Part shown: positions 9,095-18,089 of the stretch, one piece after another
Numbering within the stretch: position 1 is the stretch's first letter
Layout of the letters: each line of letters opens with the position of its first letter
Assembly (NCBI GenBank): GCA_016199865.1
Contig: JACQFV010000005.1
Span: forward strand, 1-37,674
DNA from: Candidatus Zixiibacteriota bacterium
GTDB taxonomy: Bacteria > Zixibacteria > MSB-5A5 > WJJR01
DNA length: 37,674 nucleotides
Direction: 5' to 3'
Made by a program: the position numbers and the translations under genes
The notes under the pieces: generated by a model
What the model was told of the DNA's origin: nothing
The model's database searches: none
Seen by the model: the letters and a program-made list of their open reading frames with translations, nothing else

Positions 9095-10456
9095 CTACAG
9101 AATCTTCCGCGCCTTGGCTTGCGCGGTCAGTTCGTCGCGGAATTTGGGATGGGCAATCGCGATGAGTGCCGCGGCGCGTTCCCGGATCGAACGGCCGTGC
9201 AGATTGGCGACGCCGAATTCAGTGACGACGTAATGCACGTCGCCCCGGCTGGTCACGACGCCGGCGCCGGAATCCAGACTGGCGACGATCCGGGATAACT
9301 CGTCGTTTCGGGCAGTCGAAGGGAGCGCGATGATCGGTTTGCCCCCCTGTGAACGCGCCGCGCCGCGGATGAAGTCGACCTGCCCGCCGAAGCCGGAGTA
9401 AATGTAATCGCCGATCGAATCGGCGCAGACCTGGCCGGTCAGGTCGACCTGCAGGGCCGAATTGATCGCGACCATCCGGTCGTTCTCGGCGATGACGAAG
9501 GGATCGTTCACATAATTGCTGGGGTGGAACTCGCAGATGGGATTGTTGTCGATGAAATCGTACAGGGCCCGCGAGCCGAGCACGAACGAGGCGATGATCT
9601 TCCCCCGGTGGAGCGTCTTCTTCTCGTTGTTGATGACCCCCTTTTGCACCAGTTCGATGACGCCGTCGGAGAACATCTCCGTGTGAATCCCGAGGTCCTT
9701 CTTGCCCGCCAGATGGAAGAGAACCGCATCGGGGATGCCGCCGATTCCCATTTGCAAAGTCGAGCCGTTCTCGACGAGCGAGGCCACGTGCGCGCCGATC
9801 TGCGAATGCAAGGGGCTCATGCGCAGCCGCGGCAATTCCAGCATGGGTCGATCCACGGGCACGATGTAGTCGAGTTTGTGCAGATGGATGAAACTGTCGC
9901 CGAGCGTGCGGGGAGTCTGACGGTTCATCTCCGCGATCACCACGCGGGCGCTTTCGGCGGCGGTCTTGGTGCATTCGATGCCGACGCCGAAGGAACAGAA
10001 GCCATGCTCATCGGGCGGCGACACCTGGATTAGAGCAACGTCCAGAGGGAGCGTGCCGTCGGTGAACAGACGGGGGATTTCGCTTAAGAAAATGGGCGTG
10101 TAGTCGGCGCGTCCCTCATTGACGGCCTGGCGGACATTGGCGCCCGTGAACAGCGACCGGTGACGAAAATGCCCGGCCATGTCCGGCGTCACGTAAGGCG
10201 CGGTGCCCATCGTCAACAGGTGGACGATTTCGACGTTCTCCAACTGGTCCTTGCGCGCCACCAGCGCCTCTACTAAAGACTCGGGCTCGGCACAGCCGGG
10301 ATGGATGTAGACGCGGGCTCCGGACTGGACCACTTGCAGGGCCTCGGCGGCGCCGACGATCTTGCGCCGGTATTCCTCCGCCCACGTGGGCGTGCGACGC
10401 GTCGCCGCAGCCGGCAAGGGCGGAAAGGGCGTGTCCGTGATCGGAACCGTAGTCAT
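9095..10456 (-). CDS. Acetyl-CoA hydrolase/transferase family CoA-transferase (4-hydroxybutyrate CoA-transferase-like)
   Basis: TLQMGIGGIPDAV, GIHTEMFSDG (catalytic Glu), SGFGGQVDFIRGA, VVTEFGVANL, IAHPKFR. Confidence 0.92.
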   Translation of the reverse strand: MTTVPITDTPFPPLPAAATRRTPTWAEEYRRKIVGAAEALQVVQSGARVYIHPGCAEPESLVEALVARKDQLENVEIVHLLTMGTAPYVTPDMAGHFRHRSLFTGANVRQAVNEGRADYTPIFLSEIPRLFTDGTLPLDVALIQVSPPDEHGFCSFGVGIECTKTAAESARVVIAEMNRQTPRTLGDSFIHLHKLDYIVPVDRPMLELPRLRMSPLHSQIGAHVASLVENGSTLQMGIGGIPDAVLFHLAGKKDLGIHTEMFSDGVIELVQKGVINNEKKTLHRGKIIASFVLGSRALYDFIDNNPICEFHPSNYVNDPFVIAENDRMVAINSALQVDLTGQVCADSIGDYIYSGFGGQVDFIRGAARSQGGKPIIALPSTARNDELSRIVASLDSGAGVVTSRGDVHYVVTEFGVANLHGRSIRERAAALIAIAHPKFRDELTAQAKARKIL

Positions 10457-10492
10457 TGTGTCACGATATCTCCGGATGTCGGTCAGAATAGG

Positions 10493-11599
10493 TCAGATCA
10501 CAGTGGCCGCGTTCATCTCCGCCAAAATCCCGACCGCCGGGTGCACCACGCGTCCGTCGCGCAGGTATATCCCCGCGCCAAATCGCGGCTGGTCGGACAG
10601 GACCCTGCTCAGACCCCCTTCAGCCATATTGCGCACGTAGGGAAATAGCGCATTGGCCAGGGCGAATGAGGCGGTGCGGGCCACCGCCGCGGGCATGTTG
10701 GGAATGCAGCAGTGAATCACCCCTTCGGCGACATAGGTCGGATCCGACAACGTTGTCGGACGCCCGGTCGCGCAGATCCCCCCCTGGTCAATGGAGCAAT
10801 CGACGATCACTGACCGCGGCTTCATCGACTGGACCATCTCCCGCGTGATCAGGATCGGCGGTTTGCCGCCATGCACCCAGACGGCGCCGATGACGACGTC
10901 GGCGTGGCGCAGCGCCCGCTCCAGATCGTAGCGATAGGAGAGATAGGTCACCACCCGCCGTTCGAAGAGGTGATCGGCCAGACGCAACCGCTCGGGATCG
11001 CTGTCGAACAGAACGACTTGGGCGCCCATGCCGATCGCGGCGCGCACCGCCGCCATGCCCACGGTCCCGCCGCCGATGACGACCACCTGCGCCGCCGGCA
11101 CCCCCGGCAATCCGGACAAGAGGATCCCGCGTCCCCCTTGCGGCAATTCGAGCAAGCGTGCCGCCAGAGACAGCGCCAAGGGCCCCGCAATCTCGCCCAT
11201 CACTTCGACGATGGGCCGACGGTTGGCGTCGTTTTCGATCCACTCGTAGGCCACGGCGGTAATGGACTTGTCGCACATGCCGTGCAGCGCCTCCGGCGAT
11301 AGCGTGACCAAGTGCCCGAACGACATGACCGTCTGCCCCGGCACCATGAGGTCGACGTCCTCGCGCTCAAAGGGCGCGACGCCGAGCACCAACTCCGCCC
11401 GACCGACGGCTTCGGCGTGGGAATAGACGACCTTGGCTCCGGCGGTCAGATAATCCTCGTCATTGAATCCCGCCGCCATGCCGGCATTGTGTTCGATGTA
11501 GACCTGATGGCCGCGCTGCGTGAGGAGGTGCGCCCCGGCCGGGACCATCGGCACCCGCCGCTCATCCAGACGGGTCTGTTTGATGACGCTGATGCTCAT
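10493..11599 (-). CDS. ald: Alanine dehydrogenase-like protein (AlaDH/PNT family), divergent active site
   Basis: ERRV, AYE, EIAG, GGRGILLSGLPGV, Rossmann VIGGGTVG, IDQGG, NMPAAVARTAS. The usual KVKEP motif reads GVAPF. Confidence 0.75.
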   Translation of the reverse strand: MSISVIKQTRLDERRVPMVPAGAHLLTQRGHQVYIEHNAGMAAGFNDEDYLTAGAKVVYSHAEAVGRAELVLGVAPFEREDVDLMVPGQTVMSFGHLVTLSPEALHGMCDKSITAVAYEWIENDANRRPIVEVMGEIAGPLALSLAARLLELPQGGRGILLSGLPGVPAAQVVVIGGGTVGMAAVRAAIGMGAQVVLFDSDPERLRLADHLFERRVVTYLSYRYDLERALRHADVVIGAVWVHGGKPPILITREMVQSMKPRSVIVDCSIDQGGICATGRPTTLSDPTYVAEGVIHCCIPNMPAAVARTASFALANALFPYVRNMAEGGLSRVLSDQPRFGAGIYLRDGRVVHPAVGILAEMNAATVI

Positions 11600-11659
11600 G
11601 GATTGTTCCTAAGGAATCTTCACGGGCACGGCAACCAGAGCCCGCCCGAGACAGGCCGC

Positions 11660-13102
11660 TCACACGAGGGCGGCTGGGATCGGCTGCTTAATCTGTCGCT
11701 CGGCGGCCTGCCGCCCTGCTGCCAGGGCTTTGAGATTCACCTCCAAGAGCGCCTTCTTGGGGAGATTGCGCAAGAGCTCGACAAAGACCGTCTCGCCGAC
11801 CATCCCCGTCAAGGCGATGATGGCCCCGGCGGCCACCACATTGGCGACCTTGGCATTCCCCAATTCGTTGGCGATTTCAGACAACGGAATTGGCACACCC
11901 CGGATGTGGGCCGGCAACGCTACAGTCTTTACAAATGAACTATCGTAGATCACCACCCCCCCCGGCCGCACGCGCGCCGCAAATTTTTCCAAGGAGGGCT
12001 GGTTCATCGCCACCAGTAGGTTCGGCTCCGCCACATACGGGGAACCGATACGCTTTGAGGAGATCACGACATGGCAGTTGGCGGTGCCGCCGCGCATTTC
12101 CGGGCCATACGAGGGGAGCCAGGACACGTACTTGCCTTCGCGCATTCCCGATTTTGCCAGAAGTTGCCCCAAGAGGAGCACGCCCTGCCCGCCGAATCCC
12201 GACAGGACCACCTCGTGGGTCGGAAAGTCGCCGGGAGCGTGGCCGGAGCCCGACGCGACCTCGTCGGTGACGCCCAAGGCGTTCAGGACGGCATCCCGTT
12301 CGAACACAGGCGACGGCAATTCCTCGCGCGGCTCCGCCGGCTTGTCTTTGTAGACGTTGGGCGGAAATACCTTGACCATGTTGTCGGTGATCCACTGACG
12401 TGACTCAATCGGTTCCAGTTTCCACCCGGTCGGGCAGGGGCTGAGGACCTCCACCAGCGAGAACCCCTTGTTCTCGACCTGATACTCCAGCGCCTTGCGG
12501 ATCGCCTTGCGCGTGCGCATGATCGTCTTGCTGTCTTCGAGGGTGCAGCGTTCGATGTAGACTGGCGCTTCCAGCGTCGCGAGCAATTCGCACACGCGTA
12601 GCGGATAACCTTCATTGATCGACTTGCGGCCGTAGGGCGTGGTCGTCGTCTTCATGCCCAGAAGCGTGGTGGGCGCCATCTGGCCGCCGGTCATTCCGTA
12701 GATGGCATTGTTGACGAAGATCACCGTGATCGACTCGCCCCGGTTGGCCGCCTGCAGAATCTCATTGGCGCCAATCGCCGCCAGATCACCATCCCCTTGA
12801 TAGGAAATGACGATGGAGTGCGGCAGGGCGCGCTTGATCCCGGTCGCGACGGCGGGAGCGCGTCCGTGGGCCGCCTGCACGTTGCCGACGCGGAAGTAGT
12901 AATACCCGAATACCGCACAGCCGACCGGGCTGACAAAGACCGTCCGGTGGGCGATCGCCAGATCGTCGATTGCCTCGGCAATCAACTTGTGGAGATTGCC
13001 GTGTCCGCATCCGGGGCAGTAGTGGGTTGCTTCCTTGTCGGCCGCGGCCGAGCGGGTGAAGAACTCATAGAACGAGTCGGGTTTCTTGAAGACGTCCTTC
13101 AC
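11660..13102 (-). CDS. 2-oxoacid:ferredoxin oxidoreductase fused beta-gamma subunit (VorA-like)
   Basis: [11 protein letters not shown] motif GDGD...[16 protein letters not shown], then gamma domain [16 protein letters not shown]. Start moved to GTG 13102, overlapping the vorB stop (GTGA). Confidence 0.92.
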   Translation of the reverse strand: MKDVFKKPDSFYEFFTRSAAADKEATHYCPGCGHGNLHKLIAEAIDDLAIAHRTVFVSPVGCAVFGYYYFRVGNVQAAHGRAPAVATGIKRALPHSIVISYQGDGDLAAIGANEILQAANRGESITVIFVNNAIYGMTGGQMAPTTLLGMKTTTTPYGRKSINEGYPLRVCELLATLEAPVYIERCTLEDSKTIMRTRKAIRKALEYQVENKGFSLVEVLSPCPTGWKLEPIESRQWITDNMVKVFPPNVYKDKPAEPREELPSPVFERDAVLNALGVTDEVASGSGHAPGDFPTHEVVLSGFGGQGVLLLGQLLAKSGMREGKYVSWLPSYGPEMRGGTANCHVVISSKRIGSPYVAEPNLLVAMNQPSLEKFAARVRPGGVVIYDSSFVKTVALPAHIRGVPIPLSEIANELGNAKVANVVAAGAIIALTGMVGETVFVELLRNLPKKALLEVNLKALAAGRQAAERQIKQPIPAALV

Positions 13103-14154
13103 GGCGCGCTCTCCCGGAGGCGGCCGATCGCCGCCACCAGTTCCGCGATGCCCGGCACATTGCCGCCGGTGCGGCTGCACAGTTGCACCGGAATCCGGCA
13201 TTCGACGGCGAGTCGGACGTCGTCGATCAACATCCCGGTGGAGCATTCGGCCACGAGGATGGCTTTGGCCGTGTGCGCCAATTCCTTCAGTCGCGGGGCC
13301 GGGAAGGGCCAGAGGGTGATCGGGCGGAGCATGCCGACCTTGATCCCCTCGGCGCGGGCTTGGTCGATGGCGCTCATCAACAGCCGCGACACGATCCCGT
13401 AGGCCACGGCGACATATTCGCAATCGTCCAGACGGTACTCCTCGAAGCGCACTTCATGCTGCTCGACTTGGGCATACTTCGCGTACAGCGCATTGATGTG
13501 CGCCTCGAGTTCATCGTGATCCAGAAAAATCGAAGTGATGAGATTGTCACGCGTGGCGTCCGTGGCGGTCACCGCCCAGGGACGTTGCGGCAATTCACGA
13601 ACGGGGTCGGGAATGGTGACCGGCTCCATCATCTGCCCGATGAAGCCATCGGCCAGGATCGCCACCGGGTTGCGGTATCGGTCGGCCAGATCAAACGCCA
13701 GCATCGTCAGGCCGCACATTTCCTGGGCGCCGTTGGGCGCCAGGACGATGACCCGGTAGTTGCCGTGGCCGCCGCCTTTGACCATCTGGTTGTAATCGGC
13801 CTGCTCCGGGCCGATGTTCCCCAGCCCAGGTCCGCCGCGCATAATGTCGACGATCACGCAGGGCAACTCGGCCCCGGCGCAGTAGGAAATCCCCTCCTGT
13901 TTGAGCGAAATCCCCGGTGAGGAGGAGGCGGTCATCGTCCGCTGCCCCGACGATGCCGCGCCATAGACCATGTTGATCGCCGCCACTTCCGATTCGGCCT
14001 GCAGGAATGTCCCGCCGACTTTGGGAAACAGGAGAGCCGCGGTCTCGGCGATTTCCGAGGCGGGCGTGATCGGATAGCCATAATACGACCGGCAGCCAGC
14101 CAGCACCGCGCCGACGACAACCGCTTCGTTCCCTTTCAAGAGTTCCTGGCGCAT
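13099..14154 (-). CDS. vorB: 2-oxoacid:ferredoxin oxidoreductase alpha subunit, VorB (2-oxoisovalerate) type
   Basis: [56 protein letters not shown]. Confidence 0.9.
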   Translation of the reverse strand: MRQELLKGNEAVVVGAVLAGCRSYYGYPITPASEIAETAALLFPKVGGTFLQAESEVAAINMVYGAASSGQRTMTASSSPGISLKQEGISYCAGAELPCVIVDIMRGGPGLGNIGPEQADYNQMVKGGGHGNYRVIVLAPNGAQEMCGLTMLAFDLADRYRNPVAILADGFIGQMMEPVTIPDPVRELPQRPWAVTATDATRDNLITSIFLDHDELEAHINALYAKYAQVEQHEVRFEEYRLDDCEYVAVAYGIVSRLLMSAIDQARAEGIKVGMLRPITLWPFPAPRLKELAHTAKAILVAECSTGMLIDDVRLAVECRIPVQLCSRTGGNVPGIAELVAAIGRLRESAP

Positions 14155-14172
14155 CGCGTTGTTGTCCCTCGA

Positions 14173-14553
14173 TTACGGAGCCGTCATGCGTCCGAGGATC
14201 GCCTCGACGGCCGGACGCAACCGGTTGACGACACCGTCGTTGTCCACGCCGCGGATGTCCACGGCGATGAACCGTTCTTCCGGGAACTTGTGGACACGCA
14301 GCAAGTCCGCAAAAGCCGCCTTCTGAGTCTGGGGATCACAGGCGCCGCAGATGATGTAGGTCTCCCGATCGGCGCTCTTCATCAAGTCCGCCAAGGCCGT
14401 GTTCCCACCCGGGCCGCAGACTTCGGGATGGATGACCGAGTATTCGACGTCCAGTTCCCCTTCCACGGTGAACGGCAATCGTTTCATGTCCAGACCCTGA
14501 AATGAGGACGACGTTCCCCGGCAGTTGCAAATAATGACCTTGACTTTCATCAT
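14173..14553 (-). CDS. Small Cys-rich protein resembling the HdrA N-terminal domain (putative Fe-S protein)
   Basis: KVIICNCRG...HPEVCGPGG...IICGACDP...VDIRG parallels HdrA-N (V.ICxCG...C...ACSP...NIRE). Sits in-operon between the ferredoxin and vorB. Confidence 0.6.
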   Translation of the reverse strand: MMKVKVIICNCRGTSSSFQGLDMKRLPFTVEGELDVEYSVIHPEVCGPGGNTALADLMKSADRETYIICGACDPQTQKAAFADLLRVHKFPEERFIAVDIRGVDNDGVVNRLRPAVEAILGRMTAP

Positions 14554-14593
14554 CCTGACCTCCTGATCCCAAGTTCGGCCGCATCCGTCCGAG

Positions 14594-14878
14594 TCAACTC
14601 AACACCTTCTTTTCCTTCTTGTCGGCCGGCTGGCGCCAGACCACAATCGCCCCCGGTTCGGGACAGTTGTAGAAGCAAATGCCGCAGCCGGTGCAGCCAT
14701 CGCCCAAATAGAACGAATACCGGTAACCCCGCTCATTAATGTCGGTGGAAAATCCCAATACCCTCGGCGGGCAGGCCTCGACGCAAAAGTCGCACCCTTT
14801 GCACAGCCGGCTGGTTACATCGACCCAAGGCCGAGTGGGCGGCACGGGCAACAGCGCGTGGTCAGTCATTTCCATCAT
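14594..14878 (-). CDS. 2x[4Fe-4S] ferredoxin (delta/VorC-like subunit)
   Basis: [12 protein letters not shown] and [12 protein letters not shown]. Start is among the ATGs at 14878/14875/14869, after a GGAGAG RBS. Confidence 0.9.
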   Translation of the reverse strand: MMEMTDHALLPVPPTRPWVDVTSRLCKGCDFCVEACPPRVLGFSTDINERGYRYSFYLGDGCTGCGICFYNCPEPGAIVVWRQPADKKEKKVLS

Positions 14879-14911
14879 CTCTCCCGCCCGGAAGACTGCT
14901 TCTTCCGGTCG

Positions 14912-14927
14912 TTCAACAGTTGTACCA
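14912..14927 (-). promoter_or_regulatory. Possible sigma54-like promoter of the vor operon
   Basis: Minus strand TGGTACAACTGTTGAA, i.e. GG-N10-GA, with one mismatch at -12. Confidence 0.3.
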
Positions 14928-15056
14928 CTTCCCGGAAGGTACCATTTGTCAAATCGGGCTGGGATTGTCAAGATTGAGGCGATCACACCCCGTCGTGCCA
15001 CATTTTTCAACATCGATGCCCACCACGGGGAAGTCAAAGGGGGTAGGCGCGAAAGA

Positions 15057-15086
15057 TGTCAAAATCTTGCACAGAGGTGGAGAAGT
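15057..15086. promoter_or_regulatory. TGT-N11-ACAGAGGTG motif, similar to 8970-8999
   Basis: 22/30 identity by hand alignment to 8970-8999, in the same orientation. Confidence 0.35.
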
Positions 15087-15102
15087 AGCAGGCCTGCGAT
15101 TC

Positions 15103-16560
15103 TCAGGGGCGAAAATCCGTACCGAGGGGGAAGACCAACCCCCCCAGCCACGGTTGCACTCGCAGCATGTCGCGCCAGAGGTCGTGTGCGACCTTGCGGT
15201 AGGCGTCATGCCCCTTGGCGGTGCCACGCAACTTCACAAAATGGCAGACTTCGCGCAGGTTCCAGCCAAACAACGACCGCTTGCGAAAGGCCAGCATCAG
15301 GGCATACACCGCTTCATTGGAGAATTCGTCGTGTAGCGTATCGTAGGTCGAGGCCGACAGCCCGGCCAACCGTTCGAAGTAGCTGCGTAAACCCAACTGA
15401 TCGATCAACGTAGGTACGGCATATCCAAGTTCGGGAGTCAATTCCTGCGCCGTCTGGGTGCCGATCCGATGGCGCTGGATGTCACGCCAAGCACCGTAGT
15501 CGACCGTGATTTCGATCAGGTAATTCAGGTGCTCGAAGGCCCGGGGCAAAGGATCGAACGGCCCCAGCGGTGCCAAAGATCGATGGATCAGCTCGAGCAT
15601 TCCCACTGTCGACCATCGGTCGATCAGACACCCCAACTCTTGCCAATCGGCGGGCTGGTTGGCATAAGCCACGGCACACGCCAGATGTTTGAGGCCATCG
15701 GGATCATACTGCAGCACCCGCGCCTCCGGCGGACAGGCCCCGCCGATCCGGGAAGGCGCTCCCATCTGCGGTTCCATCACTGCCGCGACATTCCTAGCCC
15801 CTTGACTGCGCGCCAGATCGGGATCGGAGTATTTCAACAGCGTCGGCACTTTCTCCAGGGCGGCCATCTTGACCTCGTTGCCGATCTCGCGCAATTCCGC
15901 CAAATCGGACCCGGTCAACTTGCGGATCGCTCCGGCCAGCGCCCGCGCGTTGATGGTCCAACCCAGATTCGTCAGGGTGGCGGTCGGCAACAGATACCGA
16001 ATGGCATCGCAGGCCTGCGCCCGTAGACGCGACTCCCAGAGCCGTTCCGACTTGTCCGGCGGTCGGGGGATTTCGCGTTTCAGCCACGCCATCGCTTTCT
16101 CGGACCAGGCGATGTAAGTAGTCAAGAGTTCGGTGATCAGATTCTCATACTGCCGCGACAAAGCCGGATTCCCGGCGAGGCCGGCCGGACGGTAGACTCG
16201 CTTGGGGTCATAAATTTGGTAACGCGTCGATTTTTCCGTGTAGGATGCCAGACGGTTGTCTTCAATCGCCTTGGCGGCCAGAATCGAGACATTCTCGACG
16301 GCCAAGGACAGGATTGCGTGCTCGGCGACCGAGGCATGGCCATACCCCACAACCCACTTTTCATGGAATTGCGCCGATCCCGCCTCGGTCAGCTCGGCGG
16401 CGATCTGGTCGAATGGCTCCGGCGACCGGGAAGTCTTGGCAAAGGCCACCGCCACGACCTCCGGCGGCAGGTCCTTCATGAGGTAGATTCGCCGGGCCGC
16501 TTCGGGCTCACCGCACGATACCTTTGGGTCGTCTTGTATAATCGCCTGCTCCATCCGCAT
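15103..16560 (-). CDS. thyX: FAD-dependent thymidylate synthase, tandem-domain type
   Basis: Domain 1 has GHASVAEHA, RLASYTEKSTRY and D.IRYLLP. Domain 2 has RAFEH, RDIQRHR and NLRE..HFVKLR....GH..YR. Start placed at ATG 16560 (or 16554), downstream of the palindrome. Confidence 0.9.
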   Translation of the reverse strand: MRMEQAIIQDDPKVSCGEPEAARRIYLMKDLPPEVVAVAFAKTSRSPEPFDQIAAELTEAGSAQFHEKWVVGYGHASVAEHAILSLAVENVSILAAKAIEDNRLASYTEKSTRYQIYDPKRVYRPAGLAGNPALSRQYENLITELLTTYIAWSEKAMAWLKREIPRPPDKSERLWESRLRAQACDAIRYLLPTATLTNLGWTINARALAGAIRKLTGSDLAELREIGNEVKMAALEKVPTLLKYSDPDLARSQGARNVAAVMEPQMGAPSRIGGACPPEARVLQYDPDGLKHLACAVAYANQPADWQELGCLIDRWSTVGMLELIHRSLAPLGPFDPLPRAFEHLNYLIEITVDYGAWRDIQRHRIGTQTAQELTPELGYAVPTLIDQLGLRSYFERLAGLSASTYDTLHDEFSNEAVYALMLAFRKRSLFGWNLREVCHFVKLRGTAKGHDAYRKVAHDLWRDMLRVQPWLGGLVFPLGTDFRP

Positions 16561-16577
16561 GTTCTCGCGTGGCCAGT

Positions 16578-16605
16578 GTAGGGGCGTATTGCAATACGCC
16601 CCTAC
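16578..16605. repeat. Perfect 28-bp GTAG-type REP palindrome
   Basis: GTAGGGGCGTATTGCAATACGCCCCTAC is its own reverse complement. GTAG...CTAC termini are typical of REPs. Confidence 0.8.
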
Positions 16606-16741
16606 CAAGTCGGCCGCAGAGGAATACGAAATCGACCGCGCGGATACCACCCTCTTTGCATCGAAATGACATATATTCCGGCGATGAAAACCGCCTCTAC
16701 TGATAGGTGTCGTTTGAAATCGACGAAACCGTGAGGATCCG

Positions 16742-17866
16742 ATGAAAGACCCCCGACTCATCAAACTGGCCGACACGCTCGTCAACTACTCGACCGCCGT
16801 CCAACCGGGCGAGCAGGTGCTGGTCGAATCCAAGGGCGAGGCGACCTTTAATTTGACCCGCGAGATCGTCACGGCGGTCGCCAACGCCGGCGGTCTGCCG
16901 TTTTGGTATCACAATGAAGAGGAGACCGAGCGCCGCTGGGTGATGAACGCCTCGGAGCCGCAACTGGAAGCGTACGGCAAGATGCACTTGAAGATGATGA
17001 AAGACATGGCCTGCTACATAGCCGTGCGCGGCTCCAACAATTCCTTCACCATGGCCGATCTCCCCGAAGACAGGCGCCGCGCCTACCAGAAATTCTACTA
17101 CAAGCCCGTGCATCTGGAGCAACGGGTCAAACGGACGCGCTGGGTGGTGCTGCGATATCCCAATTTCGCGATGGCGCAACTGGCCGAGACCTCGCGCGAG
17201 GCCTTCGAGGATTATTACTTCAATGTTTGCAATGTGGATTACCCGAGGATGGATAAAGCCCAGGATGCCCTGGCCGACCTGATGAAGCGCACTGACAGTG
17301 TCCACATTAAGGGTCCCGGCACCGATCTGCGATTCTCGATCAAGGGGATCCCGCCGGTCAAATGCGCCGGGAAACGCAACATCCCCGACGGCGAGGTCTT
17401 CACCGCCCCGATCCGCGACTCGATCAATGGCGAGATTACCTACAATACGCCGTCGCTGTACGAATCGGCTCTCTTCGAGCGGGTGCACCTGGTCTTCCAG
17501 AAGGGCAAGATCGTCCGCGCCGACTGCGCCGGCGACTCGGCGCGGCTGAACAAGATCTTCGACACCGATCCGGGGGCGCGGTACGTCGGCGAATTCTCCT
17601 TCGGGCTCAATCCCAACATTACGAAACCCATGAAGGATATCCTCTTTGACGAAAAGATCTTCGGCTCGATCCATCTGACTCCCGGCCAGTGCTACGATGA
17701 AGCACCCAATGGCAACAAGTCGGCGGTTCACTGGGACATGGTCTTGATCCAGACCAAAGAGTACGGTGGCGGCGAGATTCATCTGGACGGCCAGCTCGTC
17801 CGTAAGGATGGCCTCTTCGTCCATCCGGCGTTGAAGGACAAACTGTCGGCGAAGAATCTGCGGTGA
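16742..17866 (+). CDS. Aminopeptidase, M29 (AmpS/AmpT) family
   Basis: MKDPR..KLA..LVNYS, GTDL, NIPDGEVFTAP, GEFSFG, FDEKIFGSIHLTPGQCY, SAVHWDMV. Confidence 0.93.
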   Translation: MKDPRLIKLADTLVNYSTAVQPGEQVLVESKGEATFNLTREIVTAVANAGGLPFWYHNEEETERRWVMNASEPQLEAYGKMHLKMMKDMACYIAVRGSNNSFTMADLPEDRRRAYQKFYYKPVHLEQRVKRTRWVVLRYPNFAMAQLAETSREAFEDYYFNVCNVDYPRMDKAQDALADLMKRTDSVHIKGPGTDLRFSIKGIPPVKCAGKRNIPDGEVFTAPIRDSINGEITYNTPSLYESALFERVHLVFQKGKIVRADCAGDSARLNKIFDTDPGARYVGEFSFGLNPNITKPMKDILFDEKIFGSIHLTPGQCYDEAPNGNKSAVHWDMVLIQTKEYGGGEIHLDGQLVRKDGLFVHPALKDKLSAKNLR

Positions 17867-17982
17867 TCGCGGATTAGGATCCCGGGGGTGCATCTCCGAG
17901 TACCTTCTCGTCATGTGTGAATTGGCTCCCGGCGAACGTGGCGAGGCGGTTCCGGTCCCCCCGCTAAGAGAGAAAAAGCAGA

Positions 17983-18034
17983 CCCTTCGCTTCATCCCAT
18001 CCGCCATCGGCGGATGGGATTCGCTCAGGGTGAC
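17983..18034 (-). repeat. Solo copy of the GIY-YIG-associated 'CCYGAGCGA-[hairpin]-GA..CGARGG' repeat
   Basis: Minus strand: GTCACCCTGAGCGA-[ATCCCATCCGCC GAT GGCGGATGGGAT]-GAAGCGAAGGG. Same flanks as 35712-35751 and 37302-37341. Confidence 0.75.
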
Positions 18035-18089
18035 AGTAGCGGACTAGTCTGTGCCAATTCGCTCAAGACCAACCAGGAAACCGCGTTCG

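Noticed and set aside
13103-13423. ORF-track N-terminal extension of the beta-gamma oxidoreductase (likewise for folP, thyX, ferredoxin, uvrA and comB)
   Set aside because: The extensions overlap neighbouring genes, promoters or repeats and lack homology. Downstream starts fit RBS or stop-start overlaps better.
16697-18007. 436-aa minus-strand ORF
   Set aside because: Antisense shadow of the M29 aminopeptidase.
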